Below are positions 1 to 8,609 of a stretch of 64,000 bases of DNA, one piece after another. The translations under genes and the position numbers were made by a program. The stretch spans positions 4,800,001 to 4,864,000 of the forward strand of contig OZ241867.1 in NCBI GenBank assembly GCA_965203175.1, read 5' to 3'. The stretch is from Candidatus Latescibacterota bacterium. GTDB taxonomy: Bacteria; Latescibacterota; UBA2968; UBA8231. Every line of letters begins with the position of its first letter. Position 1 is the stretch's first letter. The notes below the pieces were generated by a model. It was not told where the DNA came from, ran no database searches, and was given only the letters and a program-made list of their open reading frames with translations.

Positions 1-61
1 TTGTCGTCCTGTGCAAAAAAGATACTCAACAACTGGCTGGTTTGCTCTTTATCAATCATGG

Positions 62-105
62 TCCAAGGCTTGGACAAGGATGACTAGCGCGCTATCTTGG
101 TCTTT
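62..105 (+). repeat. Left copy of a degenerate direct repeat bracketing the dam-parB-PRTase island; contains a promoter-like TTGGAC-17-TATCTT
   Basis: tccaaggcttggacaaggatgactagcgcgctatcttggtcttt aligns to 3333-3375 (34/44 by hand alignment); 61-75 gtccaag-g-cttggac is a perfect inverted repeat. Confidence 0.6.
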
Positions 106-130
106 CGAAGATAAAAAAGGATAGAATAGT

Positions 131-345
131 ATACGCAAGATCGCTAGCTGCGGAGGCGGCAAAGGCCAAGACAAGCTATCGCGGGAGATCAATTTTCGCT
201 ATTTTTTTACGGGTGCCGATTACGAGGGCTTGCATCTGAGCCGAGGGGGAGACCGGTCGGATGAATTGATGGCGCATATATAGCGAGATTCGCCAACACC
301 TCGATAACGGCTAGTCTCTGCACTACAGTGCTTGGGAGAGGCTTA
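131..345 (+). pseudogene. Possible highly decayed fragment of an SNF2-type helicase (region preceding DUF3883)
   Basis: One frame reads DKLSREINF (170-196) and RSDELMA (254-274), then VSAL..VLG with stops and a frameshift. This resembles, from memory, the DRLTKEINYW...RADEL.AR...ISPLPPVVLG segment of helicases that precede DUF1156 genes. Confidence 0.3.
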
Positions 346-492
346 CGGCGAAACCGTGACGGTGCAGGAACATATCATGAATCAACCGACAGCATGAGCA
401 GCGCGGACAAGCACAACCTTGGCGAGTAAGCGAGGACTATATTCAATTCGGAAGTCTAGCGGACAGGCTGTAGAGCAAGAAAAGGAGAAATC

Positions 493-1293
493 ATGGCGAA
501 GCCGTTCCTTCGTTGGGCAGGCAGCAAGCGTCAGATAGTAAAGAGGCTATCCGAGTATTGGCCCGGAGGAAACACGCGGTATATCGAGCCGTTCGCGGGT
601 TCCGCGTGTCTCTTCTTCGAGTTGGAACCTCGCTCTGCCCTTATCGGAGATATTAACTCTGAACTGATCGAGATGTACGAGGTAGTCCGAGAACGTCCCT
701 ACGATCTTCACGAGTCTTTGAGTCGTTGGAATAACGATCAAAACGAGTACTATCGTGTACGAAGCATGAAATCCTCGATACTAAACAATGTCGATCGAGC
801 AGCTCGTTTCATATATCTCAACAGATTTTGTTTCAATGGTTTATATCGAACCAATGGAAGTGGCCACTTCAATGTGCCTTATGGAGGAGGCAAGTCCGGA
901 TCAATTCCTTCAATAGAAGTATTAAATGAAGCAAGTAGAGTTTTGGCTAATTCTCGATTGATTTCTGGAGACTTTGAAGAAATTTTAAGAGATGCAAAAA
1001 AAAATGATTTTATATATTTAGATCCGCCATTTTCTATGGTAGACAGGAGATCTTTTACCGAATATGCACCTGAATCCTTTAGAGAAAAAGACTTGATTCG
1101 GCTACGAGAGACAATTCACTATCTCGACAAACTTGGTGCTGTATTTCTTTTGAGTTATGCTGACTGTGATGAGGGAAAACGGCTTGCCAAAGGTTTTCCG
1201 ACTTATCGAGTAGAAATCAAAAGAAATATTGCCGGATTTCCTAGCAGCCGAAGATCGGTGACTGAACTCATCGCGACGAATGCCGCTATCTAA
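493..1293 (+). CDS. dam: Dam/D12-class N6-adenine DNA methyltransferase
   Basis: FLRWAGSK, YIEPFAGSA (motif I), NRFCFNGLYRTN..FNVPYG (target recognition region), FIYLDPPF (motif IV); RBS aaggag. Confidence 0.9.
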   Translation: MAKPFLRWAGSKRQIVKRLSEYWPGGNTRYIEPFAGSACLFFELEPRSALIGDINSELIEMYEVVRERPYDLHESLSRWNNDQNEYYRVRSMKSSILNNVDRAARFIYLNRFCFNGLYRTNGSGHFNVPYGGGKSGSIPSIEVLNEASRVLANSRLISGDFEEILRDAKKNDFIYLDPPFSMVDRRSFTEYAPESFREKDLIRLRETIHYLDKLGAVFLLSYADCDEGKRLAKGFPTYRVEIKRNIAGFPSSRRSVTELIATNAAI

Positions 1294-1307
1294 GTGAGGG
1301 AGTTTCA

Positions 1308-2324
1308 ATGAGCGAAGAGAGAAGCAATCATGAAGGTGTCTCAGTGATTCCGAAAGGAGAACTGATTTACCTCGGTGTTGATGAACTCCGCCCAAGTCCG
1401 CACAATCCGCGTAAGCTCTTTGATCCTGAACCGCTTGCAGCACTCAAAAAAAGTATCCAAGAGCATGGAGTACTTGTCCCACTGACTGTCTATTCTCAGC
1501 CTGGTCAGGATATATACGCGATTGTAGACGGAGAGCGCCGTTACAAATGTTGCTCCGACCTCTGCAAGGAAGGAGTCGATATAAGAATTCCAGCAAATGT
1601 TGTCGCTCCTCCCGATCCGATGGCATCCCTAATATATATGTTTAATATCCACCAGTTCCGGCAACAATGGGAACTGATGCCGACTGCACTTGCTCTGAAA
1701 GCTGTTATAGAAGAATTGGAAATAGATGACCAGCAGGAATTGACCGAACTAACTGGACTTAGCGATCCTCAAGTCGAGCGCTGCAAAATTATTCTTTCGT
1801 TTCCTGATCGATATCAAGAGCTGTCAATGGAGCATGATCCACAGGCAAGAATACCATCTAATTTCTGGGTCGAGCTTTATCCTGTATTGGAACTTGTGGA
1901 GAATCTATTACCTGGTCTAATAAAAGAGGAAGGGCGTGACGGAGTTACCGACCGTCTGATCGATAAATATCGTGATAAGCGAATCAAGAGTGTCATTCAT
2001 TTCAGGCGTATACTAGAGGCATATGATGTGCAAGAAAATAAGGAGGGTGTAGAGGTCGTAGCAGACAAATTGAGAGAGTATATTTTGAGCCCGGAGATGG
2101 AGACGCGGGATACATTCGATGGATTCATTCTCGACTCAAGACGAGTCCAGAAAGCTACTCAGGCTGCAGACAGGTTCCTTAATGATCTACAAAAGGCGAA
2201 GATCGATCATGCAATAGATTATAAAGATGAGCTAATTCAAAAACTTATGAATGTACGTCAATTTGTTGATGATCTCTTAGCTAAGCTTGAAGGTGAAGAT
2301 GCACCACAAGAGGAGGATGCTTGA
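1308..2324 (+). CDS. ParB/Srx N-terminal domain protein
   Basis: LRPSPHNPRKLF..LKKSIQEHGVLVPLTV..YAIVDGERR ParB/Srx core, followed by an HTH-like segment ELTELTGLSDPQVER. Confidence 0.85.
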   Translation: MSEERSNHEGVSVIPKGELIYLGVDELRPSPHNPRKLFDPEPLAALKKSIQEHGVLVPLTVYSQPGQDIYAIVDGERRYKCCSDLCKEGVDIRIPANVVAPPDPMASLIYMFNIHQFRQQWELMPTALALKAVIEELEIDDQQELTELTGLSDPQVERCKIILSFPDRYQELSMEHDPQARIPSNFWVELYPVLELVENLLPGLIKEEGRDGVTDRLIDKYRDKRIKSVIHFRRILEAYDVQENKEGVEVVADKLREYILSPEMETRDTFDGFILDSRRVQKATQAADRFLNDLQKAKIDHAIDYKDELIQKLMNVRQFVDDLLAKLEGEDAPQEEDA

Positions 2325-3142
2325 TTCTACTTAGAGCAGTCTCTTATGTCCGAGCAGCTTGGCGACTTCGGAGATACGAACCTAAAAAGGTTACCTTAAG
2401 GAGCTTGATCGAATGGACTCGACAGTTTCCAAAAGACTATCGAACTGATTTAATTCGACTAGTTGCGAACCTAAGGTTTATCTCAGAAAAAGAGACTATA
2501 GGGTACCTTGTTGATTTAAATCAGAAGGTTCTTTGTGCCTTACAAAAAGATGGTATAGATATCCGTAACGTCATATATGTTTCAACCAGCACAGCGGGAA
2601 GTAGCAGTAGTGTTATGTTAAGCCTACTGCGCGATCATGCAAATCTCGAACAACGAGGAGCAACGTTGCTGCACTATGGTGAAGCAATGAAGATTCAGCG
2701 ATATACTAGGAAACTCAAACGTGGTGCAATCGTGTATGTCGATGACTTCGCGGGAACGGGAAAGCAGTTCATTCGATCACGTCGAGACGTAGCAGAATAC
2801 GTTGTCGGTGTATTCTCGGAGTTCTTCTTGCTCCCATGTATCTGTGAAGAGGCACAGTCAAAAATCGAAGCTGCCGGCATAAAACCGCTGAGTGGGTTTA
2901 TTCATAAAAAATCCGAACGTCCGTTTCTTGATAATTGTGCCTTTCTAAAGCCAAAACAGCGCAAAAGACTTTTGATGTTGTCCCACAAGTATTGGAATGA
3001 GAAAATCGCCCTCGGTTTTAGTGGTTTGGCAACCAATGTTGTCTTTTATCGTACCACACCAAATACGACGCCACTAATTTTTCGGGGGAAACGTGGTCAG
3101 GCACCTGTCTTCGGAGTTATTCCTAGGTACGACGACCAGTAG
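2321..3142 (+). CDS. Phosphoribosyltransferase-like protein (PRTase-CE-like)
   Basis: PRPP-binding loop IVYVDDFAGTGKQF; C-terminal GF......VVFY.TTPNTTPLIF; 4-bp overlap with the parB stop. Confidence 0.75.
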   Translation: MILLRAVSYVRAAWRLRRYEPKKVTLRSLIEWTRQFPKDYRTDLIRLVANLRFISEKETIGYLVDLNQKVLCALQKDGIDIRNVIYVSTSTAGSSSSVMLSLLRDHANLEQRGATLLHYGEAMKIQRYTRKLKRGAIVYVDDFAGTGKQFIRSRRDVAEYVVGVFSEFFLLPCICEEAQSKIEAAGIKPLSGFIHKKSERPFLDNCAFLKPKQRKRLLMLSHKYWNEKIALGFSGLATNVVFYRTTPNTTPLIFRGKRGQAPVFGVIPRYDDQ

Positions 3143-3178
3143 ACTTGCCCAGATAATACCACGTAAGTATGCGTTTTT

Positions 3179-3322
3179 AAAGACCTCATCGAAGTCACCC
3201 TGCCACTCGATGCGACCAACGCCATGTTGGCACGAGAGAAGTAGATTCTTCGACACGGACATCCGAGCACGCTGTATCTGTGATGGGCACGGTGGTCGTT
3301 GGATTCTATACGAGCGGCGATT
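3179..3322 (+). pseudogene. N-terminal relic of a DUF1156 adenine DNA methyltransferase
   Basis: [46 protein letters not shown] matches the DUF1156 signature LIEV.[27 protein letters not shown]...RA.I; stops at 3242 and 3281. Confidence 0.85.
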
Positions 3323-3332
3323 TAGGAGTTTT

Positions 3333-3375
3333 TCCAAGGCTTGGGCCAAATAACTGTCGTCCTATCTTGATCTTT
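3333..3375 (+). repeat. Right copy of the degenerate direct repeat; probable promoter of the PhyH operon (TTGGGC-16-TATCTT)
   Basis: tccaaggcttgggccaaataactgtcgtcctatcttgatcttt compared with 62-105. Confidence 0.6.
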
Positions 3376-3447
3376 AGTCGTCCAAAAATCGGCACGTGGA
3401 CAGAGCACTAGGCACCACCAACTCGGCCAACCCAAAGGAGCAAAGAC

Positions 3448-4317
3448 GTGGACAAATACCTCTATACGGTCTCAGAAGAAGAAAAATACTACTTCGACCT
3501 GCGCGGCTACCTAGTCGTCCGCAACGCCCTCACCGCCGAGGAAGTAAGCGAGTGCAACGCCGCCATCGACCACTTCGCCGACCAGATCTCTGCTTATCCC
3601 GGCACCCTCGCCCGCGGCTCAAGCGCGCTGCAAGGCACGACCAGCCGCCAGCAGCTCACCGGCATGCTCGGTTGGCCGTCCCCCTACCGCGAACCCTTTC
3701 GCCGCCTGCTGGTCCATCCCACCATCGTCTCTCGCCTCAACGAATTCAGCGGCCCGGGCTTTCGTCTCGATCACGGCCCCCTACTCATCAGCGCCACTGA
3801 GGGCACCGAAGGGCACTACCTACACGGCGCAGGCGAGCCCTTTAGCCCCGCCACTTGGTATCACCAGCAAAACGGCAAAATCTACTGCCGGGGCATCACC
3901 GTGGCTTGGCAACTGACCGACTGCAACCCCGGCGACGGCGGCTTTGCCGTGATCCCCGGAAGCCACAAAACCTGCGAGCCGACCCCGCCCGAGATCCGCT
4001 CGCTCGCAGAGTACGGAGAATTGGTCGTCCAACCCGCCATGCGCGCCGGCGACGTCCTCTTCTTCGCCGAGACCGCCACCCACGGCACGCTGCCGTGGAA
4101 GGGCAAGACGCAGCGGCGCTCCGTGCTCTACAAATACGCCTCCCGGGGCGCGGCCCGAGCTACGGGCAAATACTTCACTCCACAGGCGCGCTACGGCGCT
4201 TGGATCGACGAACTCACGCCCGAACAACAAGCCGTCCTGTACGGACCAGGCGTCCACCACAAGGACCTGCCCCTGCTGGAATCCGACGGCCAAAAAACTT
4301 GGATTGCGGAGGGCTAA
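3448..4317 (+). CDS. PhyH-family Fe(II)/2OG enzyme with an HxA motif
   Basis: FDLRGYLVVRNAL, LHGAGE, GGFAVIPGSHK, AGDVLFF..THGT; GTG start after aaggag. Confidence 0.85.
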   Translation: MDKYLYTVSEEEKYYFDLRGYLVVRNALTAEEVSECNAAIDHFADQISAYPGTLARGSSALQGTTSRQQLTGMLGWPSPYREPFRRLLVHPTIVSRLNEFSGPGFRLDHGPLLISATEGTEGHYLHGAGEPFSPATWYHQQNGKIYCRGITVAWQLTDCNPGDGGFAVIPGSHKTCEPTPPEIRSLAEYGELVVQPAMRAGDVLFFAETATHGTLPWKGKTQRRSVLYKYASRGAARATGKYFTPQARYGAWIDELTPEQQAVLYGPGVHHKDLPLLESDGQKTWIAEG

Positions 4318-4318
4318 A

Positions 4319-5182
4319 ATGGATGCGCGCGAATGCTATTTCTGGGATCTCACCGGCTATCTGATCGTCCGCAATGTCCTCACCGCCGAGGAATTAAGCG
4401 AATGCAATGCCGCTATCGATCACTGCATGGACCAGATGCAGCAAAGCCCCGACAATGGCGGTGCCCGAGGAGAGTCTAACGCGCTTCAAGGCACTGGCCA
4501 ACAGACCCTCCCCAACCTGCTCGAATTGCCCCATCCCCACTGTGAACCCTTCCGCCGCCTGCTGGTGCATCCCCAAGTCGTCTGCCGCCTCAACGCAATG
4601 TGCGGCAAAGGCTTCCGCCACGACCACGGACCCTGGGTCTCCTACAGTCCCAAGGGAACCGAGGGCCTCATCCTGCACGGGGCGGGCGAACCCCACAGAC
4701 CCTACGTGGCCTACCACCACCAGAACGGCCAGTTCTACTGCGCTGGCGTCACCGTGACCTGGCAGTTAGCCGACTGCAAGGCCGGCGATGGTGGTTTTGC
4801 CTGCGTGCCGGGCAGCCACAAAGCCAAATTCCCCATGCCTGCCGGCGTGCGCTCCTGCGACGAGCCACTGGACGTGGTCCACCAGCCCGCGCTCAAAGCC
4901 GGCGATGTCATCTTCTTTATGGACGGGGCCCAGACCCACGGCACCCTACCCTGGAAAGGCGAAGCGCCGCGCCGCTCTGCACTCTACAAGTACGCGAGCC
5001 GCACGGCCACCCGCTCTGGCGTCTCCATCGAGTTAGCCGAACCGGAAGTCTATTGGGACGAGGCTATCGTAGAGGGTATGACACCCGAGCAACGCGCCGT
5101 CATGTACGGCCCCTGTTCCAGTATCTCCCAGAAGCTACATTTGCAGGTGGAGGCCGACGGCAACGTTGTGCTCGTCAAGTAA
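4319..5182 (+). CDS. PhyH-family Fe(II)/2OG enzyme with an HxA motif (paralogue of the preceding gene)
   Basis: WDLTGYLIVRNVL, LHGAGE, GGFACVPGSHK, THGT; ATG at 4319 directly after the upstream stop. Confidence 0.85.
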   Translation: MDARECYFWDLTGYLIVRNVLTAEELSECNAAIDHCMDQMQQSPDNGGARGESNALQGTGQQTLPNLLELPHPHCEPFRRLLVHPQVVCRLNAMCGKGFRHDHGPWVSYSPKGTEGLILHGAGEPHRPYVAYHHQNGQFYCAGVTVTWQLADCKAGDGGFACVPGSHKAKFPMPAGVRSCDEPLDVVHQPALKAGDVIFFMDGAQTHGTLPWKGEAPRRSALYKYASRTATRSGVSIELAEPEVYWDEAIVEGMTPEQRAVMYGPCSSISQKLHLQVEADGNVVLVK

Positions 5183-5202
5183 ATTTCTCAGCAGAGGCGA
5201 TT

Positions 5203-5985
5203 ATGCTCACTGACGCACAGATCTACCATTTTGCCGTGCACGGCTGGGTGCTACAGAAAGCCGTGTTCAGTCCAGAAGAATGCGAGGCTTTTAAGGCAGC
5301 GCTAGACCGGCTTTACGCGACCGACGTCTCGACCATGGTGCATAAGGACACCGACGACATCAAAAACATCGACAATATGGTCAACCACGAGGCCATCTTC
5401 CGCGAGTGGATTGTTCACCCGAAGATTTTGCCGGTTTTGAAACAGCTCTTGGGCACGCCTCCGCGCTTTGAGTGCTGCCACGCCATGATCAAGTTGCCCC
5501 ATCCCGCACGCCAGAGCGAATGCAGCTCTTTGAGCGATCCTGCGCAAATGTCGTGGCATCGGGGTATCCGTCCCAAATACGGCATTGTCCCGGCGAACAA
5601 CCACCCCTACATCAACACTACCTTCCTCAACAATATCACGTTTCTGACGGATGTAGGTCCGGACGATGGTGGGACTATGATCTTGGACGGTTCACATCAG
5701 ATCGAGGCGCAGGATTGGCGTCAGATTTTTGATCCATCCTCAGTAGTGCAGATTGCGGCTGACGCTGGGGATGTGTTGCACTTCACGGAAGCGCTCGTCC
5801 ACACCGGAGTGCCCATCCTGTCGGAGCGCACTCGCTACACCATGTTCTACGGGTTTACGCCGCCTTGGATGCAGTGCTGGCCGGGATGCTCGCCTACCCC
5901 AGAGGCTATTGAGGCTTGCGAAGGGGAACTAAAGGAGATTCTGGGGGCGCGGACCGGGTACATGGGCCAGTACAGCCCTGAGTAG
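5203..5985 (+). CDS. PhyH-family Fe(II)/2OG enzyme with an HxG motif
   Basis: FAVHGWVL, WHRG, GGTMILDGSH, AGDVLHF..LVHTG; ATG at 5203 (the longer 4600 start overlaps the previous gene). Confidence 0.8.
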   Translation: MLTDAQIYHFAVHGWVLQKAVFSPEECEAFKAALDRLYATDVSTMVHKDTDDIKNIDNMVNHEAIFREWIVHPKILPVLKQLLGTPPRFECCHAMIKLPHPARQSECSSLSDPAQMSWHRGIRPKYGIVPANNHPYINTTFLNNITFLTDVGPDDGGTMILDGSHQIEAQDWRQIFDPSSVVQIAADAGDVLHFTEALVHTGVPILSERTRYTMFYGFTPPWMQCWPGCSPTPEAIEACEGELKEILGARTGYMGQYSPE

Positions 5986-5991
5986 CGCCCA

Positions 5992-6786
5992 TTAAGAAAC
6001 CGTCTGCAAACTCCACTGCTCGCACCCGGCAAAAGGCATGTGCTCCCCCTCGACGTACTGCGGCCGCGGCGCGTACTTATTCCCTACATCGGGCATCACG
6101 TCACCCCGGCACATAATGCACGGACTGCGATCCACAGTGACTCTGGTGCTGGTCGGAATGTAGCGCAGGGTAAGCCCGACCCGCCATTGATCCGAAGTGT
6201 TGGTATTGGACCCGTGAATGATACTGGGGTGGTGGATGGAAATATCCCCCGCCTCCAGTTCTAGATCAACGGCATCAGCGTCGTCGATCTGGTCGGGATG
6301 GATGCCGACGCCAAGGACGTACTTATCCCTATCGAGATCGACCATCTCGCTGCGCTTGAGCAGGCGCTTGGTATGCGTCCCCGGCAAAACCCGCATACAG
6401 CCATTGGCCACCGTCGAGTCCGTGCCGGCCACCCATAACGTGGTGACTTCCATCGGCTCCAAAGGCCAGTACGAGCCGTCCTGATGCCACTGCACGGCTT
6501 GGCCGGTACTGGGTTTTTTGGCGATATAATGCGCCGCAAACATGGCCACATTGGGCCCGAGGAATTGCGCGGCAATATCGACCAACCGGTCGTCGGTGAC
6601 TAGGCGGTGCATAAAGGGATCATTCACCATTAGTTCGTGGTGCAATTGCTCGGGGCGCGTGCCCGGATTCTTTTTAACTAACCAGTGTACGTGCTCCACG
6701 GTCTCAGCGGCTAGCTCCGCATCAATGGCCTTGCGGGCAATGCAAAAGCCCTGCTCGTCGTATGCTTGGCGCAGTGTTGTTTCCAT
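5992..6786 (-). CDS. PhyH-family dioxygenase (canonical HxD)
   Basis: YDEQGF, WHQDGSYW, NGCMRVLPGTH, IIHGS..N.S..WR. Confidence 0.9.
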   Translation of the reverse strand: METTLRQAYDEQGFCIARKAIDAELAAETVEHVHWLVKKNPGTRPEQLHHELMVNDPFMHRLVTDDRLVDIAAQFLGPNVAMFAAHYIAKKPSTGQAVQWHQDGSYWPLEPMEVTTLWVAGTDSTVANGCMRVLPGTHTKRLLKRSEMVDLDRDKYVLGVGIHPDQIDDADAVDLELEAGDISIHHPSIIHGSNTNTSDQWRVGLTLRYIPTSTRVTVDRSPCIMCRGDVMPDVGNKYAPRPQYVEGEHMPFAGCEQWSLQTVS

Positions 6787-6802
6787 TCGCTCTCTTGCCC
6801 TC

Positions 6803-7138
6803 CTAGGCTCGCCACGCCGGATGGGTAACATGCAGCAAATAGGCCCGTTTCGGCACGGTGATAATCGTCTGCGTACCCTTCTCAATATAACCCAAGTCAC
6901 CTACCTCGTACTGCACCGGCTCCTGATCCGCGACTTGGATCTCCAAGTGCCCCTCCAACATGAAAAAGACCTCGTCGTAATCAAAGGTCCACACCAACCG
7001 GCTGGCCTCTAGATACTCGGTAAAACCGGCCGACAGTTTGTTGCCGACGCCAACAATGGGATCGGAAACCTGCACCGTGGCACCGGGCACGTCAAAAGCG
7101 GCTAAATTTCTCTGGTCCTTCTCGACTTTATAGATCAT
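6803..7138 (-). CDS. EutQ-like cupin
   Basis: LSAGF...WTFDYDEVFFMLEG.L, GDLGYIEKGT. Confidence 0.75.
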   Translation of the reverse strand: MIYKVEKDQRNLAAFDVPGATVQVSDPIVGVGNKLSAGFTEYLEASRLVWTFDYDEVFFMLEGHLEIQVADQEPVQYEVGDLGYIEKGTQTIITVPKRAYLLHVTHPAWRA

Positions 7139-7305
7139 GACGCACTCCTAGTTCTTTTTATACAACTTGAATTTCGCCATATTTCCTTCGCTCATGGCGT
7201 GTCGCTCTCCGGTCAGATGTGATAGAGTAACGTACGGGAATTCCGTAGTTGCACCAACAAGGGCACTCGCCTCCCCAAGTGCCTAGGCCATAGGAGCTAG
7301 CCGCT

Positions 7306-8607
7306 TTGTCCCACCCATCCATTCCTCCGACCACAGCCCAAGTCCTGGGACTACCCCCCCAGGACTTGACCCCTTTCTTCGCTGACCGCCCCTGTGCCCA
7401 AGCCCTAGAACGACTCGAAATCCTGGCCGCCTGGATGGCCAAGATAAATACCCAAAACCACGACGGCGTGACCTTGACCCCGGCCTTGGTGGAACATCTG
7501 TCCAGCGGCGATATCCACGCCCGCATCGCCGATTTGGACCAGCGGCGCCGGGCGACCAATCTGGGCCAATTTGACCCGGACGACCTTTTACAGCGGGAAC
7601 TGGAGTACCGGCGCTACGCCTCCGAGGCAAGACGCCAGCCGACCTGGCCTCAGGACGAAGTCGAACAACGGCGCGCCTTTGACGCTTTGGAGTTCCTTCC
7701 GCCCCAGCAGGAGGAGGATTGCCGCCTGACCGACCAGGACTGCCTCGAAGTCCAGCGGGCGGCCTGGGAGGCGCGCGGCCTACTCGATTTCTTGCGCCAT
7801 TTCCGCGCCCATACCCAAAGGCCCATCGTCGTGGTCGGCAACGAGCGCTACGGCCGCCTCTTTGTCGTCGAGCCCCTAGAGCCGCATTTGGCCGACGACT
7901 TTGCCGTGCGCTACGAGCGCACCCCCTCACACCTCTCTATGCGCCTGACCGTGCCCCACTATACCGAGCGCTTTCAGCGCAATGGCTTTGCTCCCGAGTT
8001 CATGCGCCACTTGAGCGCCCACATGCCCCACGTGGTGCTGGTAGACGTGTGCAGTCCCCGGGGCACTGAGCGCTATACCAAAGTCCCCCGAGGCATCCGC
8101 GATCTGGTCAATTGGTTCATGGTCTTCAACCACCTCCGCGCCCAGGGCGACCGCAGCCAGTACCAGGATCAGAGCGGCCTACCTCATCACTTGCTCGACG
8201 AGTTGGAAAAATGGTACGAGTTTGTCGTCGTGCGGCGGCGCATTGGCCCGTGGATCGAACCCGGTCCGACCTACGCCATCAGTCACTGGGCTCCCGAACT
8301 GAAAGAGGAAGTACTCATGGGTGATCTGGCCGTCCCCCGGCGGCCGGCCACACCCGGCGACGAGCCCCAGGTCATTTTGGCCAATCCCGCTCTGTATCGC
8401 ATCGAAGGAACGGACCTGCCCGAGTTCATGCGCCGCACCCAGCCTTATTACTTCAACGACCCAGAGAAGCGCATCCGCGAAGAGATTGTCCCCGGTTTTG
8501 GCACCCACGGCTTCGAGACCCGCGTGCGGGGCTGTACCACGGATCAGTACGTGGCCGCGGTGCAGCGCGCTATGGGTCAGGCCCTGCAAAGGTGCGAGTC
8601 TAGCTAG
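7306..8607 (+). CDS. Hypothetical protein, possibly a divergent PRTase fold
   Basis: 433-aa ORF, TTG start after aggag; IVVVGNERYG and VVLVDVCSPRGT segments. Confidence 0.65.
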   Translation: MSHPSIPPTTAQVLGLPPQDLTPFFADRPCAQALERLEILAAWMAKINTQNHDGVTLTPALVEHLSSGDIHARIADLDQRRRATNLGQFDPDDLLQRELEYRRYASEARRQPTWPQDEVEQRRAFDALEFLPPQQEEDCRLTDQDCLEVQRAAWEARGLLDFLRHFRAHTQRPIVVVGNERYGRLFVVEPLEPHLADDFAVRYERTPSHLSMRLTVPHYTERFQRNGFAPEFMRHLSAHMPHVVLVDVCSPRGTERYTKVPRGIRDLVNWFMVFNHLRAQGDRSQYQDQSGLPHHLLDELEKWYEFVVVRRRIGPWIEPGPTYAISHWAPELKEEVLMGDLAVPRRPATPGDEPQVILANPALYRIEGTDLPEFMRRTQPYYFNDPEKRIREEIVPGFGTHGFETRVRGCTTDQYVAAVQRAMGQALQRCESS

Positions 8608-8609
8608 GC

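Noticed and set aside
1308-2324. Chromosome or plasmid partition locus
   Set aside because: No adjacent parA and no parS-like palindrome seen; the context is an MTase/PRTase cassette
493-3142. Ordinary type II restriction-modification system
   Set aside because: Neither partner shows PD-(D/E)xK, HNH or GIY-YIG motifs; they are ParB-like and PRTase-like
4600-5202. 201-aa N-terminal extension of the third PhyH ORF
   Set aside because: Arg/Pro-rich alternative-frame read-through overlapping the real 4319-5182 gene; the ATG at 5203 with an RBS fits better
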